NCBI RefSeq assembly: GCF_036321535.1
Contig: NC_087436.1
Location: 77,192,001-77,256,000 of the forward strand
Reading direction: 5' to 3'
Source of the DNA: Camelus dromedarius
Lineage: Eukaryota
Length of the DNA stretch: 64,000 nt
Both the position numbers and the translations under genes were made by a program. Positions within the stretch are counted from its first letter, which is position 1; the number at the start of each line of letters is the position of its first letter. The notes under the pieces were generated by a model, which searched no databases, had not been told where the DNA came from, and saw nothing but the letters and a program-made list of their open reading frames with translations. This document shows positions 27,100 through 39,805 of this stretch, in pieces.

Positions 27100-28060
27100 T
27101 GCTAAAATATTTTATTATAAAATAATATATATTTATTTTAGAAGTTAAAAAATAAAATTGTGTTAAATGAAAAGCAAAAGTCTCTCTGTCTACACCCTTA
27201 ATTCACTCCTTCGAGTAAGCTATTGAAAATGTTATGATAGTCTCTCTTTGAGATATTTTTTAATAGAAAATGTATATAATTTTTATATATGTACACATGC
27301 ATGTACTTTTTACATATAAATGGAATGACATAAAGTATTTTGACCTTATATCATTTGCCAGTATATTTCAATTATCACTTCATTTGGTGGATATAGATTT
27401 ACTTCATTACTATGATATATGGATGCCCTGTAATTTATTTAAATAGGTTTCAGTTGGTGGACATTTAGATTTTTCCCAATTATTCACCCTTATCAAAATG
27501 CTACAGTGAATATCCTTATATTAATATCTTTGCTTTCTTTTACTATAATTATATGGTAAATTCTGAGAAGTGGATTCTTGGGCTAAACTATATATATATT
27601 TTAATTTTAATAGGTGTTACCAGATAGTCCTTCAAAAAACTTTTACCAATTTACATTCCTAAAAATGGGCTATGAGATTTGAGTATAGTAATCTATATTC
27701 AACTACCACAGGATCTTATCAAACTTCTTTTTTATCTTTTCAAATTCCCAAATGAAAAATGGTACCTCATTATATTTTTACCTGTACAGTTGACCTTTGA
27801 ACAACACAGATTTGAACTGTGTGGGTCCACTTATACATGGATTTTTTTCAATAAATGCATACTACATTATTACAAGATCTGCAGTTAGTTGATCTGTGGA
27901 TGCAGACCTGCCCATAAAGAGGGCTGAATATAAAGTAAAATGCTGATTTTTCAACTGTGTTGAGGGAAGTTGGTGTCCTTAACCCCAATGTTGTCCAAGG
28001 GTTTACTGTACTTAGTTAATTTTGAGTGATGTTGAATAACTTTTCATGTGTTTATTTATT
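27100..28060 (-). mobile_element. Old L1ME-type 3' relic
   Basis: 'tggtggacatttagatttttcccaat...aatgctacagtgaatatcctt...agaagtggattcttggg...taccaatttacattcc'. Confidence 0.75.
27787..28008. mobile_element. MER8-like (Tigger2-derived) Tc1/mariner MITE
   Basis: Imperfect terminal inverted repeats cagttgacctttgaacaaca / tgttgtccaagggtttactg. TA target duplication at 27785-27786 and 28009-28010. Confidence 0.88.
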
Positions 28061-28830
28061 ACAAGAAAATTGATCAACCATCATTAAGACCAACTAGTAA
28101 AACTCAAGGATGTCTTTTGACCTCCAGAAGACTTTCTTTTTATCTATGCCTAGAATATCATGTTCGAGCACCCCCTATGACATGAAGAATGATGTGTAGA
28201 TTTTTACTTGGGAACAGATGAAATATTTTGGATTCATATTGGACCAATAAAGACTGAGAGAAGAATTGATTTAAACTTCTAAGACCATGGATACTATGAT
28301 AAGTTGAACATAATCTTATTCACTATGATGAAATGCTATAATGTGTTCATTATTGGGTGAATGCTTTTATTGGCCAGGCATGTTAGTTAAGAATGGAAAT
28401 TGACTTGGGTGATTTTTTTTATATTAATCCACAGATATCTGAGACCATAGTAATAGGAATCAAATCATACACCTCTGAGTTTTACAATAGCCAAGCCTTG
28501 GGATTAACACTGGAACACTCACTTCTCTTGAAACTCAATAGTGGATGAGATCATTGAAGGAAAGTACAGCTTAGAAGGGGACAAACTCTGGAAGATCTCA
28601 AAGTTTTATTAATACAGTACTCTCTCTTTTACTTTTCTTGCAACTCTCAACTTTATTTCCCTTGCAGGCTAATTTTTCTTGATCCAGGCATAAAATGTTG
28701 ACTTTCCTGAAGACTCAGTTCTAAATTATCTTAACTTTTCACTTTGTGCTTTTTTTCTAGATAATCTAATACCATACCCATAGACTCATACATCATCTAC
28801 ACACATATGTATACAGTTTTATATCTAGCC

Positions 28831-29022
28831 CAGAGTTTCTTAACCTCAGCATTAATGATAATTTGGATTTTTTTTAGAGGCATGGATTTCTGTCCTGTGC
28901 ATTTTAGGATGTTTGGCAGAATTCTTGGCTTCTCCCAACAGATGCCAGTAGAACCCCCATTTGAAGCAATCAAAAATATTTCTAGACATTGTCAAATGTT
29001 CCTGAGGGACAAAATCACCATT
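28831..29022 (-). mobile_element. MER20 hAT-Charlie MITE
   Basis: 'cagagtttcttaacctcagca...tgtcctgtgcattttaggatgtttggcag...agatgccagtag...ctagacattgtcaaatgttcctgagggacaaaatcacc'. Confidence 0.85.
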
Positions 29023-29246
29023 AATCTAGCCTTAGGCTTCTTTGAACCCCATATATAAAAATATCTAATGGACATGCTTCTTGAATATCTTAAGGAAGCT
29101 CAAATTCAGCATGCCCAAAACAAAACTCATTGTGGAGCTCCCGTCCCTAAACTTAGGTGTTTATCAATCCTTGCTCACTCAGTGGAAAGTACCATACCCT
29201 CTGGATTTGCAAGCCAGAACCTGGATATCATCTCCCTTTTTCTAGA

Positions 29247-29818
29247 TGTATTATTTACTGATGTTAACAAATTACCACAAATTTAGCAACTTAAAACAGC
29301 ACACATTTGTTAGGCTACAGTTTCTGTGAGTCAGGAGTCTGCACACAGGTGACTTCTCTGCTGAAGGTCTCACAAGACTGCAGTTGAAGTGTCAGCAGGG
29401 CTTTTTCTCCTTTGAGGGCTTGACTAGGGAAGAATTTACTTCAAGCTCCTTTTGATTGTTGGTGAAGTTTATTTCCTTGTGGCTGCACGACTCAGGGCCC
29501 TGGCTGTTTGCTGGCTGTTGGTTGGAGGCTGTCCTCACCTCCTAGAGGCTACCCACAGTTCTTGCCATATGGCTGTCTAGATAGGCAGTTCAACGTATCA
29601 TGATATTTGCTTCTTAAAGGCCAAAGAATCTTTCTCTTTCCAGTTTGTTAAGATGGAGTCTTCTATGACATAATGTAATCTAGATAGTAAAATCCAACTA
29701 CCTATGCCATATTCTGTTAGTTAGAAACAAGTCACAGTTTACACCTGTACTCAGGTGTGAAGGGATTATACAAGAGCATGACTCATTGGGGTCATCTTAG
29801 GGTGTTATGGCCTCACTA
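29247..29818 (-). mobile_element. MLT1E-like MaLR LTR
   Basis: 'aacaaattaccacaaatttagcaacttaaaacagcacacattt...ccatattctgttagttagaaacaagtcacag'. Confidence 0.82.
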
Positions 29819-30763
29819 GAAAATCAATCCATCATCAATATCCATGGATTTCATTTTAACATGTTTATCTGTATCTATCAGCTTCCTTCTGTTTCTTCAA
29901 CCTTTATCATGAGTCTTTTCCAACCTATCATCATCACTTACCTGGACCACTGCAGTATCTTCTTTAGTGAGTTTGTCTAATCCACTCTGGCCTTCTTTAG
30001 TCCATTCTGCACCACATAGCCAGTGTGGTCTCTTTGGAATGCAAATATGTTCATGTCTCCCTCTTGCTTAAATCTTTTCAAAGGCTTTTAAGAGTTCTCA
30101 GTGATTTTAGTAATCCTTATCAAAACCCCCAGGACCCCTGCATAATTGGTCATTTCCTACTGAGATGTCTGGCCCCTTCCCTCACTGTTCCCCTTCACTG
30201 TCTCTGTTCCAGTCATTCTGGCTTCTTTCAGATCCTTTGTTTCCTCCTGCCACAGCTTCTACTTATGCATTTCTTTCCTTCACCTAGGAAGAGTTTGCCT
30301 CTCATCTTCACCAGCTCATTTCCTCAGAGAAACTTTCTGACCTCTATGAATATAAGGTCACTCTCCTTCTGACAAGTTCCTCCTCTTAGAATTTATAGCA
30401 GTCTCACTGTTCTAAGTGAGTTTATGATTAATTGAATAGTCTCTCTCTCTCCCACTAGACAGTAAGCTTTATGAAGTCAGGGACTGTGTCTGGTTTTGCT
30501 CACTGTTTAGCCTCTGCATGAAGCACTATTGCCTGGCACATAATACACATTAAAATTTTTTTGACTTAGTAGATGAATAATTGATAAGAGAGAGAATTCA
30601 GGAAATTCCAATTGTATAAGAGATATGGAGACTTTAAGTTTGGTTTTTAATATTAACTGATTATAGAATAGAATAGCACTGTACTACTTAGTATTCATAT
30701 ATCTCACAGCTTTTCTGGGTCAGGAGTCCGGGCATAGCTTAGCTGGGCCCTCTATGGGGAATC

Positions 30764-31134
30764 TGCTATGGTTTGAATGTTTTATGTCCCCTTGCAAATT
30801 CATATGTTGAAGTCTTAACCTCCAAAGATGCTGATGTTAGAAAGTGGAGCCTTTGAGAGGTGCTTAAGTCATGAGGATGGAGCCCCCAAGTATGGGATTA
30901 GTGCCTTATAAAAATAGAGGCTTCTGAGAGATCACTGGCCCCTGCTACCATGTGAGGACATGGAGAGAAATTGCTGGCTATAAACCAGTGAGAGGGCCCT
31001 CACCAGAGAACATGACCGTGCTAGTGCCTTCATCTTGGACTTCAGCCTCCAGAACTGTGAGAAATACATTTCTATTGTTTATAAGCTACCCAGTCTGTGG
31101 TGTTTTGTTACAGCAGCCCAAATGGACTAAGGCA
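30764..31134 (+). mobile_element. MLT1A0-like MaLR solo LTR, inserted in an older antisense MLT1 fragment (~30690-30763)
   Basis: TG...CA ends: 'tgctatggtttgaatg...cagcctccagaactgtgagaaatacatttctattgtttataagctacccagtctgtgg...ggactaaggca'. Confidence 0.9.
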
Positions 31135-31964
31135 GCCTGCAGTTAAATACTCTGAAAACTTCAGCTGAGATGAATTGCTCAGCAATTTTAATCAAGAAAT
31201 TAAGAAAATGCATTCATTGGAAAGTAGCTTGAAAGACTACATTTTGGTATAGAAAACAGAAAATTCATTACATAAGAATGAACAGAAGTTCAAAGTGAAA
31301 AATAATTCTCTGTTACTTTAGGGCTCCGAATCTTTCCACTACCCTGTTAAAAATGCAAATTCTACTAACATATACTAAATCAAAACCATAAATCTCTTGA
31401 GACTAGTGACATAGTTTTTACTACTTATGCTTGCATATTTATTAAAGAGCAAATTTAAATAAAAATTTTGTATGTCATCTCTTCAATGTCATTGCCTTAG
31501 CAATTAAAAGGGAAGTGAAACCTTCTAAATATTCTGATTTTTAATAATGGATATAGATTTCTTATATTTGTACAATCCTATGATTGCAGATTGTAACTTT
31601 AAAATCAAATGAGGTTTTGCCACTTTTTAATTGGCTTTCTTGGTACTGTGTTATTTTAGTAAATGATGTTATTCTGTAGTTTATAAGGTATGTACTGTGA
31701 TTCTAATTAATACTAACCAACAAACACAAGTAAATAGCCAAGTAGGCAAGCAGAATGGATTTATATAGCTCTTCTATTGCATCGCATCTTGTGTCCCTTT
31801 TGGTTCCCAGTATAGCTGGTACACATTTTCAGAGCCTAATATCTAGTTCTCAAATAAACATGTATATAAGGCCTTTATTTTAAGATTTTATAATTAATTA
31901 GACAAAAAAATCTACTTTGAACTTTTTCTATCTCTTTTCAAGTATAGTGTATGAGAGCAAGATA

Positions 31965-32135
31965 CCAGCTGTGTGGCCTTGGGGCAGTTACTTAAAATTT
32001 TTCAAGCTACATTTTCCTCATCCAATACCTACCTCATCTCTTATTGTGAGGATAAAATGAGATAAAGCACATAAGTGCTTAATAGAATGCCTAGTTCATA
32101 CTAAGCATATTCAGGAGACATCAACAATTGTTATT
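31965..32135 (+). mobile_element. MIR SINE
   Basis: 'cagctgtgtggccttggggcagttacttaa...ttgtgaggataaaatgagataa...aagtgcttaatagaatgcct'. Confidence 0.8.
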
Positions 32136-33184
32136 TGCTCTTTACATAAATTCATCATCTTTCAGAAGTGTGTTCCTTAGTGCCACAGCCTGTTTTCTTG
32201 TTACACAATCACTGGGGACCTGCTAGTAAGAATTTTTAATCTTAAAAGTTGTTTCTGTAAAACGTATTATCCCACTCAGATTGGAAGCAGCAGTTTTCAG
32301 GGCAAATTAGAGTACAAAGATATACAGAGGGTATTCTAAGAATTTATCTGTGACCCTTTTCTCTTTCCTGCATCTTTTGTCACAGTGTTTGCAAATGTAG
32401 GTGTTGGCCATGAAGAAGCAAAAGGGCATAGGGCCTTATTAGTCTCCCTAAAATACCACTTTGTTCATTTACCTGCCTTTTACAGAAGCCCTTAATGACA
32501 TTCTGTTGTTTAGAGGTCAGTGTGCAAAGCCAAAATCAGAAAGTGAAGGCCCCTCTTAATCAGGCCTTTCCCCACCTTTCACCAGATGATTACTGTTCCA
32601 CTTGTACCTGCTGCCCTGGAAGGACTGACCTGTTCTCCATTTCGCTGAAACTACATGACCATTCTCACCTCTGCACTTCCCTGGTGTGTACCTCTTTTTC
32701 AGAGTTTTTTGAGTCTTTATGGCTTCTTATGACTGCTTTTGCCAATGTTATGTGTATTCCTGAAAATAAGAGATACTCTGCAATATTGTTATATAAAGAC
32801 AAGAATTGTTGGAGAAGGATGGTGGAAGAGCCTAGCCATCTCAGAACTTGAATGAAGAAGGGAATGCCTTCTGTCTTCTTGGTTGACAAATCACATCATT
32901 TCTGCATTAGGCTTACAAGTGGTTGTGGGTGGCTGTCACCTCTAACTTCTTCCTCCTGTTTCCTGAGTCAGAGCCCCATCTATGTTTTGGTTAATGGAAA
33001 GTTCTTGGGGTTTGGTGGATTACTTATTAAGATTCCTGGTTTCTAGGGTGGTTGCATTTTTCACTTTATTGTGTGTTATTCTCATAAATAAGTGGAACGA
33101 AATACATCAGAAGCTGCTAGATAGTTTCCATCTTACTGGAAATCCTTTCATATGTGAATATAATGCCAGCTCTTAGAGTTCAGA

Positions 33185-33825
33185 TTGTGATAAGTATTAT
33201 TGAAAAAAAATAAGAATGTTTAAACAGTTAGAAAGGGGCAGGGTGATATTTTAGATATGTTCAAGATGGGTTCATCAGGAAAGACCTTGCTGATAAAGTG
33301 ACTGAGTACAGCAGAGAGCTATGCAGATATCTGACAGCCAAGTGTTTCAGGCAGAAAAAGGAATGCGTACAAAGCCTTGAGATGGGAGCGTGCTTGGCTT
33401 GTTTGAGAAATGGCAAGGAGAGCAGTGAGGGGGGCTTAGAGATGGGATCAGAGAGGCAGGAATTGGGGGGCATGCCCTTGGAGGCTATGCTAAGAACTTT
33501 GGATTTTATTCTGTGTGAGATGGGAGGTCTTTGAAGGGTTTTGAGCCAAGCAATGACACAATGTAACTTAAATTGAAAAGGATCACTGCAGCTGCTATAT
33601 TGAAAATCAATTTTAAAGGGACAAGGGAGAAAGCCTGGAGGCCAATTAGGAGACTGTTGTACTAATCCCAGAGAGAGATGGTGGTGTCTTGGATTAGAAT
33701 AAGAGCAGAGGAAATGGTGAGAAGTGATCAGATCAAATTCTGGATATATTTTGAAGCTAGAGCCAAAAGGCTTTGCTCATGGACTGGATGAGAAGAGATA
33801 AGGATTATTCCTGGATTTTGGCCTT
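33185..33825 (-). mobile_element. L2 relic
   Basis: 'caaagccttgagatgggagcgtgcttggcttgtttgag...actttggattttattct...aaaggatcactgcagctgct...ttctggatatattttgaag'. Confidence 0.85.
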
Positions 33826-33829
33826 CAAT

Positions 33830-34425
33830 ATCCTATAATAATCTCAAAATCAAAGTATGCAAAGCTAAACTCATCATATTCTCTTCAGCTCTTACTCTGA
33901 TATTTAAATTTCAGTGCCCCGAGAAGGAAACCAATATCCTTCCCTTATTCTGACCACTTTTTCTCTTTTTGCAGTCAACCCAAATAACTCCTAAATCCTG
34001 CCACTTTTACTACCTTATTGATGTCAAATGTTGTCACTTCTATTCACCCACTGTCTTCTTTCAGGCTGCAGAACCCCCTTGCTTGGATTACTCCCACAAG
34101 CTTCTTTACCTGCCTTCAGAATAGCTCCATTTCAATCTACTCTCCACATGTAGCCGAAACTATCTTCCTCAATCTCAATGAAACATTTCAGTGACTTCTA
34201 GACCCTCTGTCATCAGGCAACAGTTTGCCTTTCTTCTCTTGCTGAATTCTTCAAGCCCCAGTCTCCTGCACCCCTGCCGGCACCATATTCTCTGACATCC
34301 AGTCCTTTGTCTGTGCTGTGTTCTCTGCCTCATAGGTTCTTTCAGTTCCTTCCTGAGAGTAGGTACGACTCATTTCTCAGGTCTCAGTTTAGTCAAGTGA
34401 ACAGTTTGAGAAGCCTTCCCTGCTT
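33830..34425 (+). mobile_element. L2 relic, opposite orientation to its neighbour
   Basis: 'tctcaaaatcaaagtatgcaaagctaaactcatcat...cttggattact...tctactctccacatgtagcc'. Confidence 0.6.
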
Positions 34426-35609
34426 CATTTTTAGATTATACTACATCATATAAGACAAATAATATCCTTATTTTCTAAACATGAACCAGCATAGTTCAAG
34501 TTTTTGAACAGTACTCAGTGCCCTTGTATGTCTGTATTGGATTCTTTATTTCCTCTCAATCTGTGCTGATAGTTTTCACTCATAGTAAAATCAGTTGGCT
34601 GTTTGGATCTCGCTAATGTGGCTTAATCATTGCTGAAATACAGTCATGTGTTTCACATGAACACATTTTTTATCTTGAATTTTAGCAAAGAAACATTTTA
34701 AAGGACTATTTGGGAACTGCTGTGTTTAGTAGTTTTTTTCCCCCCTTCTTTTCTGTGTATGTGTGGAGAGAGGCTAAGGACCTCTTGCTCATCTAGACTT
34801 GCTAATTCCCTGTTTAGATACAGTGCCTTCCTTTTCTTGGCAAACAGGTTGTAAGAAAAACCAAGTAGGGCGAAGGGAGCACAGCATTGGCCCCTCCATA
34901 CATGGGAGATAATAGAGCAGATCTGCGGATCCAAAGGAAGGACAGTGAATTACACACAAATTAACTGAATTTAAGAGATAGCAAATTTTCCCTTTTCTAA
35001 TATGATACATTTTTAAACATCTAATCTCTTGTTTTGAAAATAGTATTTGAACACAGTGAGGAAAAAAAAAATGTGACCTGAGGGAGGAAATTGTATAAAT
35101 AACCAAGTTGAAATACTTTTCCTTACAGACTATAAATACTAATTTTTAAAATGCATGTGAGTTAGCAAAGCAGGTCACACGTTTGCTAGTATGATGAGAA
35201 TATTTATATGAAGTACACAAGGGATTTGAACTTCCAGATGCTTGCTTTGGAATGTGATTGCAATGACATCACAAAAATATTTGAAAATATAGCTGAGACT
35301 ATGATCATAGTGTTTCAAAATTTGAAATGCAAAGAGTAGCAATATATATCATGTTAATATTGGAGACTTCTTTCAGAAACCATATATATGTTGTTTGTAA
35401 GGTACAAATACTTCCTGAAATAGTCAAGTGAAATGATTTTAAGGTACATTAAAATAATATGAGTACCCTGCTACCAAGATAATATTTTCTGGAGAGTATC
35501 ATTTATAGAAATCTTATGCAAAAAAGAAAGTCATTTAATTAAGGTATAATCCAGCTTTTTCTGCTATTTCTGAATTGTGAGGCTTTTCTGCTTTTTATTT
35601 ACATAATGA

Positions 35610-36470
35610 TGTCCATCAAACCATTCAACAAATATTTATTACCTCCTATGTGCCAACAATGTTCCAGGCACAAGGATTCATCAGTTAACAAAAAGTGAAG
35701 TCCCTGCTTTCATGGAGGCTACTCTGGGGAGGGAAGAGAGACAATAAATAAGGAGGCAATGTATTGTATGTTACAGGATGATAAATGCGAAGAAAAAGAA
35801 AGCAGGAGAGGTAGGATATGGAATGCTAGAGAAGAGGGGCTGGGCTGTCATTTTTCATAGTGTCCTCAGGCAGTGCCTAGCCAATATGATGAGAGTTAAG
35901 AAGAGGTGAAAGGAAAGTGAGGAAGGAAGGCAAGCAGATTTAGGGGAGAAGGTGCTCCAGGCAGAATGAAGGCATGTCCAAGAGCTTGAGGTGGACATGT
36001 GCCTCCAGGAACAGCTAGACTGAATAAGTGATAGAGCTGATAGGAAGAAATTGACACATTGTAACTGACTATACTTCAATTAAAAAAAAAAAAAGATCTG
36101 TGGAGTGGATGTGGGTAAAGCATAGATACTGTAGGGCTTTGCATGTCAATATACAAACCTGAGAAAGATTGGAATCTTTTAGATGGTTGAAGACAAAGGC
36201 AAAAATGATTTATGTTTTGGAAGTATGGCTGTGGCTGCTGTGTTGAGAGGCAGAGGAGGAAGCAGGGAGACCAGTTAAAAGACTAGTTTTATAATCTAGG
36301 TAAGAGATGAGGACGGCTTAACCATGATGGTAAGAGGGTGGAAATAGAAAGCCATTGCCAGGTTCCAGATACATTTTGAAGGTAGCTTTTAAAACATTTC
36401 CTGATGTATTGGATGTAAAATGTGAGTGAAAGAAAGAGATCAAGAATTATTTAAAACTTTTTACCTTTGT
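35610..36470 (-). mobile_element. L2 relic
   Basis: 'ccattcaacaaatatttattacctcctatgtgcca...tccctgctttcatggag...gaagcagggagaccagtta'. Confidence 0.85.
36046..36094 (+). mobile_element. Very short young L1 3' tip with A13 tail
   Basis: 'agaaattgacacattgtaactgactatacttcaatt' plus A-run; same family as the reverse complement of 44437-44472. Confidence 0.8.
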
Positions 36471-36749
36471 ACTTCAGTTTATACATTTCTTTTTAATGTT
36501 CAGAACATAATTTTAAATGTTTCTTAATGTGTGAAACCAAGTGCTTGAAGATATTACTAGGTTTTGTTATTTCATCTTGTGGCTCAAAGATATGTTTTCA
36601 GTTGTCACTCCAGGACACCAGGTACCACCTGCAGCTGATACAATTTTTCAATTTAGAATTAAAATTTTACTTATAATACTAAATTATAGTCTTTTATTAT
36701 CTTTCAGAATCTACAGAAAGACTGTCTTGTCTATGAGAAGCAACTGATT

Positions 36750-36990
36750 GTGACCTATTGAATTTCTATTCTCTTCTTCATTAAAAATAGATCTCTGATC
36801 TGGTTCAAGGTGGCAATGTGCTCAGCTAAATGTACTCACTTTCTCAGTTTCCCTTGCAGCTAGATGTGGCCACCTGACCCATTTCTGATCATTAAGGTGT
36901 AAGAGGCAACACGAGGGCATACACTTGCTGATGAGGCTTTGGGAAAGATTTTTTAAGGTACATGGTGCTTCTCCCTAATGCCTTTTCCAC
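36750..36990 (+). mobile_element. LTR33-like ERVL LTR fragment
   Basis: 'ggtggcaatgtgctcagctaaa...tcccttgcagctagatgtggccacctgac'. Confidence 0.75.
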
Positions 36991-37349
36991 TTCTTCCTAC
37001 TTAAACTTGACCCATCTTAAAATCTCAAATGAGTATTTAATGTCTTGGAGATCTGGCTGTTTGGGGAATATCTCATCACAGTTTAATAATTCTATTTTTT
37101 TAAACAAGAGAAATTAGCATAAGGAAGAATGAGGCACTTTTCTAGATACTTTACTGCTAAGTGTTGGAAAAAGGTTTGTCAGAAGGGAATGCAATATTAA
37201 AAAATAGTAATTAGTCCATTATAAATTTCTTGATTTTTTTTGGTCGTTTCTTTGCAACCTTCTGGAATGTAAGATTGGAAAGCCATATTTATCTTGTTCA
37301 CTTCTGTGTAGTGTCAGGTAGCTAGAATGGTCTCCTGCTTTGTTCCTTA

Positions 37350-37525
37350 ATCATTATGTGTTGGCTAAGGCTCAGTTTCCTCATTTATAAAATAGTTATT
37401 TTCTTAGTAGTTTGTTGTGAGGATTAAATAATGTAATATTAGTAAATTATGTAAAATCTCATGAAGTCCTGTAGTCTGTCTGGCACATAGTGAAAGCTAT
37501 TATTAACTGCTATTATTATTGTTGT
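37350..37525 (+). mobile_element. MIR SINE
   Basis: 'ctcagtttcctcatttataaaatag...ttgttgtgaggattaaataa...tggcacatagt'. Confidence 0.8.
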
Positions 37526-38489
37526 TATTTCATTGATATTTGGAAATCTATGTTATTTGAGTGGCGCAGTAAAAAATTTTGCAGGTAAGCTTTAAGGTGA
37601 ACACATTGTTTATAAAGCAGGAAAAAAAATGCCATCAAGCCAGAAAGACCACAGACCTGATACAGCTGCACCAAAATTGTCTGCCAAGAGTATAAAGGAC
37701 CTCCCACAAGGTGAAACCTAGTGGGTAGCTAAGTACCATTCTTTACCGTTTTCTTCTCATTACTTTAATGTCACTGGCCAAGCACCTCAATACTAACAAA
37801 CACTTTAATAATTTATTATACTCTTGTTGTGTCTGTTTTCCATCTGACAATGTCTAAACCTTATGTATACTACGCCTTATTGAATTCCTTGAAAGTATTG
37901 TCTCCGTTTGAAAAGCTTTTCACCTGCTCTACTGTAATCTGAGCTGAGCAATCTCACATGCTTGTCTGTAGAACAGGATTTAAGAACTCATTAGAAATAT
38001 TAAATCCAGAGGCAAGCACAGGTGTGCGACTTCTGGCTTCAATTTCATTTGCATAATAGTAGATGGGTAATTGAAGCTGTCAGTGGTTACCTGGTCAAAC
38101 ACAAAAGTTTATAAAAACACTGTATTCAAGCATGGTTCCCTAAATTGGTCTACCTTTTAGTCTTTACAAAGTTGAATGAATGTTGTTAACATTTATTAGT
38201 ATGCACAGGTGTGGAATTCTAGGATTCCTATTTATGAATTCTTTTACTGGAATGTTCCCGTCTCTTCTAACTTTATTTTTAACTCCTCTAGATAGAAAGG
38301 AAGTTTTTGCCACTAAATACTTTTTCCTTTCAGGGTGGATACCCTTTGCGATTTTAATTATAGAAGAGCCTTAACTGTTGGCAAAACAAAGCTAATGGGT
38401 TTCCTGCCTCAGGGGAACTTTAAAAAAGGATTGGGAAAGATTCTGTGGACTAAATATGTAAGGTCCAGTCGTTTCTCACAGCCTTTCAA

Positions 38490-39090
38490 TATTTGAAAAA
38501 ATACATATATTTCAAAAAACCTTCTAAGAACAATTTATCAATACATATCAGAAGCGTTTTAATGCAAATAAATTCCACGTCGTATGCACATATGCTTTGA
38601 GGATGTTCATCATAGAGCTATTTATAAGACATAACCTGGGAAGCTTTCCACAGTAAAATGTAGAACCCACATACAATTGAATACCAAGCTGTCCTTTGAA
38701 ATGATACTGTTAAAAAAAAAAAAAACCTATTTTATGACCTGGGAACATGTTCTTGACTTCTTAAAGTAAGAAATAAAACCCACAAATATGTTGCATAGTA
38801 TTATATTTAAATAATGGTAATGTACATAAATGTTGATTAGATCCAGTACTGTGCTCAGAATTGTGGGGCAAATACTGTAATCACAGGGAGAGAATACTTA
38901 AGATTAATTATTGATATCTACCTTGTGTAAAGGAAAGAATACTAGCATCTTGAATGCTATATATTTAAAATTCTTGCCCAAAAGCACAATAAAAGTGATC
39001 ATTTCTGGGAGGTGGGATTAAAGGGGATTTTATTTTTCTTTTTTGCATCTCTGATTTTGAACCTTTGAGAAATGATTCTGTAATTTATAG
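38490..39090 (+). mobile_element. Old L1ME-type 3' relic
   Basis: 'aggatgttcatcatagagctatttataa...aaaagtgatcatttctgggaggtgggattaaaggggattttattttt'. Confidence 0.65.
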
Positions 39091-39434
39091 TATTGAAAAA
39101 AGTCAACAAAAGTTTTTGTAAGAATCTTTTGTTAAAAAAAATTATCCACACATTAAACAGAAAACTCATAAAAAAATCAATGAAAGTTTTCCCAATATAC
39201 TTTTGTTAAGGTTTAGAAGGTTCAGATAACTTTTTATAACATTTCTAAATGAGGTGATTCCATCTGTAATATATGCTGGCCTGGTCTTAGTAGTTAAATG
39301 TACTTAAGTATAATTCACAATTAATCTTGATAATTAGAAAGAAAAAATTATCTCAATATTTTGATGATTTTCTTAGAGTTTAACAAACTTAATTTTGTTC
39401 TGTTTATCCACAGAAATAAAATGATTTAGTGTGG

Positions 39435-39805
39435 TGTTAAAAGAAAATTTTCCACTGATATAGTTGGGTTTCATCTAATCAGGAAGCATCTAGTCTAGAA
39501 AATACAAAGGAGTTTCGAAGAGTTCTACAAGGGGAGAGGGCTTTATAGACCAAAGAGAGCAAGAACAAAGAACTTACACTGGGCATTTGATGACTGGTTA
39601 AAACAGGATTACTGTCCTGAGGTGAAGCAAAGGGAAATATTGGAGCTAGGTCAGGTCACTTGTACTGAGCAGGCTAGTGCTGAGTTATTGACTTAGCCCT
39701 TCCTTTTCTGAGAGAGTCAAGCATAGAAACAGTTAAGTTTTGGTTTGCTGATTCAGGGCTTAGAGGGAGCTACTGTATCTTGGACCTTATCTAGTTACTT
39801 AAACA
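39435..39805 (-). mobile_element. ERV1-type solo LTR, family uncertain
   Basis: Termini TGTTAA...TTAAACA (TG...CA, short inverted ends). 4-bp TSD GTGG/GTAG with one mismatch. TATA-like CTATAAAG on the minus strand near 39542-39549. Confidence 0.72.

Larger units (their letters stand above)
28620..30580 (+). mobile_element. L2 relic with nested MER20 and MLT1
   Basis: 'caaattcagcatgcccaaaacaaaactcat' and 'aatgcaaatatgttcatgtctccctcttgcttaaa'; 3' end 'cccactagacagtaagctttatgaagtcagggactgtgtctg...gcctggcacata'. Confidence 0.8.

Noticed and set aside
35187..35301. C/D-box snoRNA-like arrangement (ATGATGA...CTGA with a 4-bp stem)
   Set aside because: The stem geometry is atypical, no rRNA-complementary guide is recognisable, and both boxes are frequent by chance.
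36708..36761. Strong + strand acceptor (cttttattatctttcag) with a short ORF
   Set aside because: All frames close within 18 codons and the sequence runs into an LTR33 relic with no donor.
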